This document shows, piece after piece, positions 39,701 to 47,140 of a stretch of DNA of 64,000 nt. A model generated the notes under the pieces. That model saw only the letters and a list, made by a program, of their open reading frames with translations, had not been told where the DNA came from and searched no databases. The position numbers and the translations under genes are program-made. Positions within the stretch are counted from its first letter, which is position 1, and every line of letters begins with the position of its first letter. This DNA is from Hydrolagus affinis (taxonomy: Eukaryota), in the NCBI GenBank assembly GCA_012026655.1, contig JAAILG010001531.1, positions 1 through 64,000 on the forward strand, written 5' to 3'.

Positions 39701-42605
39701 TACTTACTTTATGGCCTTTTTTTAATAAAGAAAATTCTCACTCTATAATTAGCCCCAAAAGTTGAGAAACTTGAGGACTCGTTTTCTTAAATTCTTAGGA
39801 AACATCAAAAATTTCAAATTAATTGGTAATTTGAGGGACATTTATTAACAATTGGGGAAAGTTTGAAGGGACTTGTTACTCCACTTGTTTTGTGCTCGCT
39901 AGCAGAGACTGTCTGTATGTTATCTATGGTGAACAAATAGATCAATGAAATATAAAAATATACTTCATTTATTTGGTTGCAGGACTGGTCAAATTGAATC
40001 AAACTGGCATACTGCCAACTAAGCACAATTTAACAGCCCAAGCAAGCTCAAAGAATGCATCTTTATAGCCTAATTAGAATGGAATAGTCTTGTTTTGCAT
40101 CATTACCCTGGCAACGGAATAGGGTCTTTTACAAGTATTACTTTACAACCCAAATTTCTAGATTTCTGTTAAATACGTTTCCTGAAATGATATAGAAGAG
40201 TTACCCCAGTGTTTTAAAGTAACGTTTAATGAAAAATAAATGCACTCCTTTTGGGCACGTTAAAAATAATGTATGGCTTTATTTTTTGTACAAAAACGAC
40301 TTGGCAATCTTTCCCTCAGAAGGAGGTTTGCCAGTGAAAGCCCTTTCCTTAGGCCTGTGGGAAATCTGTGACTTGCTTGTTTGCACCACTGCCCAGTGCA
40401 ATTTTTTCCAACTGCTCCCAGCAACCAGCAAGTCAAATTTGTGAGGTGTCAGCATTGCAATTATCTCCACTTTCACACAAACGTTACATATGCTTGCACT
40501 CGCCACTCTGCCCAGAAGTTTAACTGAGACTGGAATAAATTATTGAATGTACCCTTTTATGGCAATGGCATGCACAGAAAGTCATCAGAAAGAGAGGTCT
40601 GTTGTTGTTACAATCACGTTGTGTATTTGTTCCTTGTGGTCTGCCTCTGCTTGGCTTCCTTCAGTCATTTGGGCAGTTTCTTGCCATTTATCACGTAAGT
40701 GAGCAAAACAAATAAGCTGCAAGAGTAAGGATATTACTGACTGCAGGCTGTTCGGTCCTCTCTTGTGCTGGACTCATTTCACACTTGTCTCTAGCTCATG
40801 TGAATTGATGTTTTCAGGCTGGCAGCCAGCTAGCTCACTTTGCTCGGTCTTAATAAGTTGAATTTCTGCCCCATCTAATGAAGATGGAACCAGAATCATG
40901 TTATAGATGCAGTATTGTTTCCAGAAAGCAGCTGTGACACCCATGGCACTCAGCTTGGTTGAACAGTTTAAGTTGCCACTTACCCTGTTTTGTAACTTGG
41001 AAAACTGCCATGAAATTGAACAAATTGACTTCATTTAACAATAATGGGTTTCGCATTTAATAGGAACACAGTAGATAATAGTGACACATTCCATGTTTAA
41101 ATTTTTTTTGTTGGAAGTTTTTTTTTGAACACTGGTTCCATAAAAGTAACCAATTAGAAAAACGGTGTGCAGGTCACTTGACAATATATATATATATTTA
41201 AAAATATATATATATTTAAAAATATATATATATAGATGGACACATGTGAAAAATCACATCTTTACATAAAAATGGCGAGCAGCGTTTGTGTTCTCATTGG
41301 GACCTTAAGGCAATCTAATTCCTGTTGAAACCTGCTCTATGATGGGTAGCACTTCTGTTCCAGAGCCAGATCAAGACCACTGCTGCTCATTTGATTTTGA
41401 CCAGCCTTTGATATTGTTTGATATTGTTCCATCCACAAGTAACGCCATTGCTGTCTGGAATAGTGGTTGCACATGAATGGCTTAGTCTATTTTTGGTGAG
41501 TTGGAGGTTGGCCAGTTTGTAAATTGATCTCAGCTGAAGATGTCAGTTTGAGTGCACTATGTCCCGATCCTTATCCAGCTCCAGATTGTCATTAAATCTA
41601 CACTATAGACCAGAATGCTGCACCATTCTCAAGACCTTTTTCCCCACCTCTCACTTCCCAATTTTAGTACTTGGTCTTGCACTGGTTATTTATCTTGAGT
41701 TAAGAGCTAAATCTATGTTTGATACAATTATAATAGTTTTTTCTTTTACAAGTACTTCCCAATTGTAAACTAATGCAGAGTACAACTTATTCTGTCAAAT
41801 CCAAATATTTATTATTTCACCATAACTCATTCAAAAATGATGAGTTTTGATGACATCAATGGGAGAAACGAGGTGGGAGCAGTTCCTTGGAAATGGAGCA
41901 AATTAAGATGCTGTGTTGAAAGACCCAAGTTCACTGAACATTCTGGGTTAATGACATCAATTTAACACCAATACACAGTCCTCGCCTGATGTCTGCAACG
42001 CTTTCTAGCAGCAACCACAAAACGGGTGATCAGGAGCAGCAACCATGTTTGATTTTTAACCCACAGATGCTGAAATTGTTAACACAATCCATGGACCGAA
42101 TCTGGTTGGCACCACGTGTTCCATTTACACTTTAAGGCACTGAATGTGGCTGAACCTATGTATTACAAGCAGTTTTTAACACTTGAAATGTTACATTTCT
42201 GTCCTTGTGAAGATCTTAATAGCAAAGTACATTGAATGTCTTCTGTGACTTAATTTGATATCTTAGCCCTGATTCATGCACCGTACTCTTCATTACTTTT
42301 GCTAAAGATTGCCCGATTTCCTTTTTGTATCAATCCATTTAGTTCCCACCTACATAGGCAGGTTTGTGCTCATAGCAATTCTTTTTCTTTCAATGAAGAT
42401 ACAAAACCCTGCCCTCATTGTATTCTGGGTGAGTTGTGACTCATCCTGTGAGGCTTTTGTACTCTCCTGTTCAGTCAGAAGGGGGAAGGTAAATTAACTT
42501 AAATTTTGTTTCTGTTGTTTTGCAGGCCGGGGACTGATGAGACCCAGAGGTATGAATAAAAAGATTGTAGCCATGCCTCAGATGACTGCACAGGAAGTGA
42601 TTTAA
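9348..42605 (+). CDS. CAPRIN1: Caprin-1 (RNG105), complete spliced CDS: join(9348..9521,16414..16476,16964..17050,17489..17727,18249..18331,18660..18794,21552..21604,22802..22888,24792..24944,27599..27707,28035..28096,29182..29292,29748..29900,30572..30725,31113..31316,32133..32239,33206..33269,42526..42605); 705 aa
   Basis: All introns are GT-AG, phases are consistent and there is no internal stop. Translation gives Caprin-1 hallmarks: VIDKKVRNMEKKK.KLDDYQ, LELQYVLDKLGDD, DPLVRRQRVQDLMAQMQGTFNFMQDSML (G3BP-binding region), SSGINVNAAPFQSMQTVFNMNAPVPP and an RGG-rich tail. No C1q domain, so not CAPRIN2. NAT10 follows downstream as in human. Confidence 0.96.
11202..11310 (-). mobile_element. 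SINE 3' fragment (same family)
   Basis: atccttgcattttgatacagtgcttttcacatcttctagatgtc is the reverse complement of the SINE tail. Confidence 0.75.
12230..12998 (+). mobile_element. L2-clade LINE 3' fragment (degraded ORF2 C-terminus plus tail)
   Basis: VRNLGVLFNPQLSF and FITSRLDNAYSLL..LHRLQITQNFAA..HHIT match L2 ORF2 motifs with frameshifts; tail gtgctatacaaatgcaa. Confidence 0.85.
13532..13748 (-). mobile_element. SINE, 5'-truncated (same family)
   Basis: (AAT)n + ccttgcattt... gaaacgcggcagccaattg...gtcccataaacag. Confidence 0.85.
14263..14868 (+). mobile_element. Tc1/mariner (Tigger/pogo-like) MITE, copy A
   Basis: TA-caggtaccctgccccaaccgc ... gcggttgggaggggtacctg-TA. Confidence 0.85.
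16414..16476 (+). CDS. CAPRIN1: CAPRIN1 exon 3 (AKLDDYQERLDRGEALNQDQL)
   Basis: tacag| ... |gtgagt, 63 nt. Confidence 0.95.
16964..17050 (+). CDS. CAPRIN1: CAPRIN1 exon 4 (EAVGKLQEVANNLEFARELQRSFITLGQD)
   Basis: tgtag| ... |gtaagt, 87 nt. Confidence 0.95.
17489..17727 (+). CDS. CAPRIN1: CAPRIN1 exon 5 (IQKSLKKAARREQLMREE...PERDMNLR)
   Basis: tacag| ... |gtaata, 239 nt; contained in ORF 17447..17731. Confidence 0.96.
18249..18331 (+). CDS. CAPRIN1: CAPRIN1 exon 6 (LCEQFEKASVHLWDLLEGRDKAVGGTT)
   Basis: tatag| ... |gtgagt, 83 nt. Confidence 0.94.
18351..18450. other. assembly gap (100 N) in CAPRIN1 intron 6
   Basis: Run of exactly 100 n; flanking exons join in frame. Confidence 0.99.
18660..18794 (+). 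CDS. CAPRIN1: CAPRIN1 exon 7 (YKKLKEIVDRLLRSGYFDSVHNHQNGVCEEEE...PPEP)
   Basis: tgcag| ... |gtatac, 135 nt. Confidence 0.93.
19052..19650 (-). mobile_element. same MITE, copy B (inverted), nested in a larger MITE
   Basis: TA-caggtatgcctccccaacc ... ggttggggcagggtacctg-TA; reverse complement of copy A over most of its length. Confidence 0.85.
20343..20684 (+). mobile_element. tRNA-derived SINE, full length (same family), nested in a MITE
   Basis: A and B boxes, core and (ATT)n tail closely match 957-1278. Confidence 0.9.
21552..21604 (+). CDS. CAPRIN1: CAPRIN1 exon 8 (EPEAIEEYVEQTDVEARE)
   Basis: tttag| ... |gtgagt, 53 nt. Confidence 0.92.
22208..22261. repeat. 25-bp tandem duplication (gttgctgtgctaattgtatgtggag)x2; 18-bp echo at 22613-22630
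   Basis: Exact direct repeat. Confidence 0.9.
22802..22888 (+). CDS. CAPRIN1: CAPRIN1 exon 9 (FVNRQFIAEAQFSSSQKEQADEWNAEPIE)
   Basis: tccag| ... |gtaact, 87 nt. Confidence 0.94.
23555..23700 (-). mobile_element. Penelope-like terminal fragment, second copy, internally inverted relative to the 274-412 copy
   Basis: Reverse complement of 274-378, followed by the ccagcatct..gtattttgtg segment in forward orientation. Confidence 0.6.
24792..24944 (+). CDS. CAPRIN1: CAPRIN1 exon 10 (VVNSLQQQ...DPLVRRQRVQDLMAQMQGTFNFMQ)
   Basis: tatag| ... |gtaggc, 153 nt. Confidence 0.95.
26271..26725. mobile_element. Tigger/pogo-like MITE
   Basis: TA-caggtaaaccccgcttaac ... gttaaatggggtctacctg-TA; subterminal aacgtt repeats. 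Confidence 0.85.
27599..27707 (+). CDS. CAPRIN1: CAPRIN1 exon 11 (DSMLEFESQTMDPAIVSAQPMNAPQTMEMPQLVCTP)
   Basis: aatag| ... |gtgggt, 109 nt. Confidence 0.95.
28035..28096 (+). CDS. CAPRIN1: CAPRIN1 exon 12 (VHTETRHAQSNAVSVPSEVTQ)
   Basis: long pyrimidine tract, tttag| ... |gttggt, 62 nt. Confidence 0.92.
29182..29292 (+). CDS. CAPRIN1: CAPRIN1 exon 13 (VPLVSSTTESYTPSQPMYQPSH...MDSIQ)
   Basis: ttaag| ... |gtaacc, 111 nt. Confidence 0.94.
29748..29900 (+). CDS. CAPRIN1: CAPRIN1 exon 14 (VTMSLAAAEQ...SKPLHSSGINVNAAPFQSMQT)
   Basis: tccag| ... |gtaagg, 153 nt. Confidence 0.95.
30572..30725 (+). CDS. CAPRIN1: CAPRIN1 exon 15 (VFNMNAPVPPASDPEALKQQ...QESLTT)
   Basis: tgcag| ... |gtaagc, 154 nt. 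Confidence 0.95.
31113..31316 (+). CDS. CAPRIN1: CAPRIN1 exon 16 (VVSPYHTSQDQ...YNSRGVSRGGPRSSRGAINGYRGPTNGFR)
   Basis: tccag| ... |gtagga, 204 nt; tandem CAGTAG acceptor. Confidence 0.94.
32133..32239 (+). CDS. CAPRIN1: CAPRIN1 exon 17 (GGYDSYRPPFSNTPNSGYGQSPFSSARDYSNSSYQR)
   Basis: tccag| ... |gtaagt, 107 nt. Confidence 0.95.
33206..33269 (+). CDS. CAPRIN1: CAPRIN1 exon 18 (DGYQPNFKRGSGPGGPRGTPR); unspliced read-through adds GNAQVMRS* ending at 33295 (687 aa isoform)
   Basis: tgtag| ... |gtaatg, 64 nt; in-frame TAA TGA after read-through. Confidence 0.94.
37526..37897 (+). mobile_element. tRNA-derived SINE, full length, longer subtype
   Basis: tagctcagtggttaagagc ... ggttcgattcc ... same core and tail. 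Confidence 0.88.
38040..38415 (+). mobile_element. CR1 LINE 3' end
   Basis: RLRGDLIE-type ORF2 end, tggaatgcattgcctgaaaaggtggtggaggc, gggccgaatggcct, terminal (ttctatga)2. Confidence 0.88.
41183..41234. repeat. (TA)n microsatellite with higher-order repeat
   Basis: aatatatatatatttaaa units repeated. Confidence 0.9.
42526..42605 (+). CDS. CAPRIN1: CAPRIN1 distal terminal exon (GRGLMRPRGMNKKIVAMPQMTAQEVI*)
   Basis: Strong acceptor ttgttttgcag|, phase 1 matches exon 18; resembles the recalled mammalian tail GRGGPPRPNRGMPQMNTQQVN; AATAAA at 42856. Confidence 0.88.
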
Positions 42606-42855
42606 ACTGAACCACCCTGCCCACCCGCATTTCGAATGGAAGGGATTTTTATGCAACTGTGAAATATTTTAGACCGTAACCCTAAACAAACAACAATAAG
42701 AATTCTTGGATTCCTGTAGCCTCTGCAATCCAGCTGGTCCCAGGAAGTGGAACAGACCCTCCTTTGTTGCAGTGACTGCCTATCGTGATCCTTTTTATAT
42801 ACATGAAAAAAATCCCCCTGAAATTAAAACACACACTGATGTAACAAGAAAATCA

Positions 42856-42861
42856 AATAAA
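42856..42861 (+). promoter_or_regulatory. candidate polyadenylation signal of the CAPRIN1 long isoform
   Basis: AATAAA about 250 nt after the stop codon, followed by T-rich sequence. Confidence 0.6.
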
Positions 42862-44526
42862 ATGTTTTACAAAAATTGAAATGGTGAATTTTGCTCACTT
42901 CTTTAATTTTTCAAGCCACTTCACTTGTGGCTTGAAGCTACTCTGTGTTATTCTCCCTGGCTCTGCAGTCTCCCAGAATAGCTTTTGGAATGCGCTGTTT
43001 GCAGCTGAGTCCAGATCAATGCACTGGTCGTTTTCCAGAAAATACTGGATCAGGGTTGCTGTCGTCTGCAGCTGAACAACTGCTTGATTTGCAGTACTTG
43101 TTAGTTAGATATGCATTCTATGACTGAATAATGAAATGGATAAAATGGTTTTGTCCAAACAACATTCACAAACAACACGAATCGCAAACTCACCATTTTC
43201 ACAAATCTCATGCAGAATAAAACATTCAGGGGTTATTCCTGAATATGTAGGTATGTTTACTGACCTTGGTGTGCAAACTTATTTATTGTTGGTTGCTAAA
43301 TTTACTGAGTCTAGTGGAGGGCTATAGGAGTCCAAGTTTACAATGGGGGAAGACTCCTATTGTATGTTTATTTTAGCAAAATGTTATGTTTCCTACCCAG
43401 TGAAGAATCACATCCACAGGGAGCTGCTTTTCTTTAAAGAACAGTAATACAAAAATATTGGAACATTGCTGGATAGGAGATCTTATATGACTAGGGCAAG
43501 GTGGGGATTAGTTGGGTGGTTTGAAGTTGTTGATTTGAACTTGACTGTAATTAGTCATGAATGTAATCTTCAACAGTTCTATATCTATTTTCCAGGAATT
43601 ACATGAGTGAACAGATTGGAGGATATTAAAATTTTACATGTGGTTTGTTTTTATCTGTTTAATATGGATTTAACTTCAGTATTTAGTGCAGAGTGAGATG
43701 ACAGGTAGATTTTCATACAACAACAAAATTACATTTATAGAGAGCCTTTCATGTCGGGAGGATGTGAAAAGATTAAATTGAAAAAATTGAAAGCAATGAC
43801 TGGTGCAAATACTTGTAGCTGTCTGAACAATCTGTGTTGCCGTCTCAGTTAAGATCAGCCATAAACCAGTGATCAAATCTGCAACTAACTTTTTCTGCTC
43901 TTACACCAGAAGCACGCAAGTCGAATCTTAATTTGATTTACTTAAGAATTGGAATTGGTTGTGAACCAGGGTCCATTATCATCAAAGGGAGATACTGCAA
44001 TGCACCCAGAGCCTCATGAAGAATAGTTTAAACTGAAACAAATTTCTATCAGTTTGTTTCCATTAAACCTGGACCCATTGGGTTAATGTCTGCTGACTGA
44101 ATCAATCTCTTGAATTTAGGAAATGATACTTACTGGACACTAGAGCAAGAAGAAGGTTCAATAACGTCCCTACTAAAAGCTTCAAAAACAACCACAAAAA
44201 CAATTGGTGGCACAAACATAACTGCCACCATGTTGTCGAGGAAAACTGGATGGTTGAAGAGCAAATCCGTTAGATTGTTCCAAGGAAAGATCGAGCACAT
44301 AATCAGATTTTCTGAAATTTAGTAACTCAAATGTCTTAATAAGGGGAAGAGCGGAAATAAGACTCCTGAACCAGGAACTAACTGCCAAAATGAAACAATT
44401 CAGCATTTAACATGGCCTAGCCTGATTTCCTAATACTGCAGCCCTGGATTGCTGCCACTAATAGCTCAGAAACAAATGTTCTGTAGATAGATCCCCCTCT
44501 CGTGACAAAGTACAGGTACTGCAACA

Positions 44527-45034
44527 CAGTAAAATCTCGATGATCCGGCACGGTTGGGCCCACATACCTCCGGGATTTCGGAGTTTGCCGGCATTTTCTT
44601 TACTCCACACACCTCATAATAATCCCTCCAAAAAAGAACAGTACAATAACAACATTGGTCATTTCAATCCACGACTGTTTGTGGGACACGGCCGTGTGCA
44701 ATTGGCTGCCGTGTTTTGCCCACAAATATACAGTCAATTCACTTTACTTTCCTGTGAAACGCTTTGAGACGTATGGAAGACGTGAAGGGTGCTATATCAA
44801 ATGCAAGGATTATTATTATTATTTAGAAACCTACCTGTGTAAACACAGCACTGAAGCCAAACAATGCCCAAGTGCAACCACAGAGCCAGACGACAGCAGT
44901 GACGCAGGCAGCTGTTCCCAACTTCGGGAGGTTTGCCGACATTGGAAAGTATCTAATATTGTATGTATTTGGAGACCTTGCCGGTTTTAGGGAGTTGTTG
45001 GCTTTTGCAATGTCGGACGATCGAGGTTTTACTG
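44527..45034. mobile_element. Tigger-like MITE interrupted by a SINE
   Basis: TIRs cagtaaaatctcgatgatccg / cggacgatcgaggttttactg; TA TSD not preserved. Confidence 0.72.
44597..44823 (+). mobile_element. SINE, 5'-truncated, inserted in a MITE
   Basis: Starts at ttactccacacacc and ends caaggattattattatt. Confidence 0.85.
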
Positions 45035-45544
45035 CGTATGAGTTTTACTTCAAAATTCACAGAAACACAAAAAGTGATGGCACGCAACTCACACCACAGC
45101 TCAACTTCCAATTGCTAGCTCATACCTCCAGCCCCAGCAAGAAAATAAATAGCAATAATAATAATAAAATCCTTGCATTTGTAGCACCTTATCATGTCAG
45201 CGCTTTATGAAGATATACTATAAAATATAGGGGGAAGGAAATGACAAGCATCTTTTACAGTCTCATGTTGACATAAATATGAACCGCTCTTGACGCCAAC
45301 CCCCAAATCCAAATCCCTAACTATCCAGTGCCTTGAAGTGTCCTTGCGATGTGAAATCTAATTCGTTGCATGATTGTTTGCCTTCCCGTCCTTCAGGCGA
45401 GACGTTCAGCCTGTTCAGGTGGATGTTAAAGATCCCGTGGCACTATTTAAACGAAGGAGAGTTCTGTTGCCTCCCTCCCATCCTCTCCTTCCCCATGGTT
45501 TGGCCAACAAATCCCCCACCAAAGACAAAACTGGACACCGACTC

Positions 45545-45870
45545 CGTGCCGGTTTAGTCGGAGCTTTGCGGCTGCTTTGCAAGCGAGAGGTCCTGGGTTT
45601 GATTCCCGGGATGGGCCACACGTCGGGCAGGTGTCCTCGCTCCTCCGCCCGCCCCCGCTTGCCTGGCACTGTGTCGGAACCCGGTGGTCAGTCAACTGAC
45701 GGATGGCTTCTCTGGGTACAGTGCGATCAATAGTTCGTTCAAAAGTCGAACAGTAATAAATGGGTCACTTCAGCCTGTGGGGTAACAGCCAATGGCCGCC
45801 GCGTTTCGCCCACAAACAAAGTGCATAGAGTCGATTCACTTCAATAACTTAATTCAAATGCAAGGATGAC
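45545..45870 (+). mobile_element. divergent tRNA-SINE just upstream of the NAT10 CpG island
   Basis: tRNA-like head (gcaagcgagaggtcctgggtttgattcccgg), cgcgtttcgcccacaaa core, aaatgcaaggat tail. Confidence 0.6.
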
Positions 45871-45879
45871 TGTTTGTCA

Positions 45880-46272
45880 ATTGATTGATTGTCGGGTCAG
45901 GTGCCGACCTCCCTCACCGCTGTGGAGCGGCGCCTGCTCCCGTTGCCATGGCGACAGCGGTCCCCGACGCCGGCCTCACACACCGCGTCATTAACAGGGG
46001 GGCGACGCCTGGCTAGCCAGGACCCCGAGCGGCTGTCCTGCCCGAACGCCTGATTTTCACGACGGTTTTAAAGGCCGCCTCTTCCTACCCGACCCGCAGC
46101 AGGCTTGCCATCTCCAGGGGGGGAAAGGAAGCGGCAAAGGCGGCTCAGCGGAGACCCGCGGCGGTTGGGCCCGAGGGTTCGGAAAGCGAAAGCGGGTGAT
46201 CAGGCAAGTGGCGAGGAGCGTCCACATGCGGGTCCTGGAGTGCGAGACTCCCATGTGCGAGAGATAGAGAAG
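45880..46272 (+). promoter_or_regulatory. NAT10: NAT10 CpG-island promoter and candidate non-coding exon 1 (donor at 46272|46273)
   Basis: Dense CpG; strong donor AAG|gtgagt followed by GA-rich intron sequence; acceptor ctgcag| at 46992 precedes the ATG. Confidence 0.7.
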
Positions 46273-46285
46273 GTGAGTGTGTAAA

Positions 46286-46487
46286 GGAGGAGAGTGAGAG
46301 TGAGGGAGGGAGGGAGGGGAGAGGGAGAGGGAGAGAAGGGGAGGGAGAGGGAGAGAAGGGATGATAGGGAGAGAAGGTGGGAGAGGGTGTGTGATTATGG
46401 CTCAGACTCCACAGGGATCTGAGTGAGTGAGTGAGGGAGGGAGGGAGGGATCAGGGAGGTAGGTTAGTTAGTTAGTTAGTTAGTTAG
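46286..46487. repeat. GA-rich low-complexity tract and (GTTA)n at the start of NAT10 intron 1
   Basis: gagggaggga arrays, ttagttagttag. Confidence 0.9.
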
Positions 46488-46500
46488 GCAGACAGAAGAA

Positions 46501-46662
46501 TTTCAATCCACGTCTGTTTACGGGGACGCCGCGGTGCGCAATTGTCTGTCACGTTTCGCCCACAAACACGCAGTCAATTCACTTTACAGTGTAATTCTGT
46601 GAAGGGCTTTGAGACGCTTAGAAGACGTGAAAAGGCGCTGTATCAACCGCGAGGATTATTAC
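46501..46662 (+). mobile_element. SINE 3' half in NAT10 intron 1
   Basis: Core and tail match the family; CpG-rich. Confidence 0.8.
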
Positions 46663-47032
46663 TGTTGTTATGAGTGGGGTAAGAGTGGACGATGGCGGAA
46701 CCTCATCCCTCCCACGGGTGTGTTCTCTAGTGGATAGAAACCTGCAGTCAAATGCTGTTACTGAGAGAGAGATAGAGAGAAAGTGGGGCGTGGGGGGTGA
46801 TTAGTGAGGAATAAAAAGGATGGTTTTAAATAACAATCATTACGTTTGGTATAATGTCTCCCAAAAAATTTTTTTTGAAGCACTTGTCAAAGTGTCTGCG
46901 AATAGCAGTGACTGCGTATCAATGTCGGTTTCAGACCGTCGTTTCAGAAACGTTGTGTAACACGCCCTATTCATTGATGCGTCTTGCTGCAGAAACTGTA
47001 GCGGTATTTTCGTCTGCGCGGCAAACGTCACC

Positions 47033-47140
47033 ATGTTCAGAAAGAAAATTGACAACCGGATCCGGGTCCTGATTGACAATGGCGTGGCGCAGAGGCAAAG
47101 GACCATGGTGGTCATTGTGGGAGATCACGGCAGAGATCAG
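47033..47140 (+). CDS. NAT10: NAT10 exon 2, coding part ([36 protein letters not shown])
   Basis: Kozak-like gtcaccATG; donor CAG|gtaagg. Confidence 0.96.

Noticed and set aside
41837-41940. ATGATGA...CTGA as a box C/D snoRNA
   Set aside because: No convincing terminal stem or recognisable rRNA guide.
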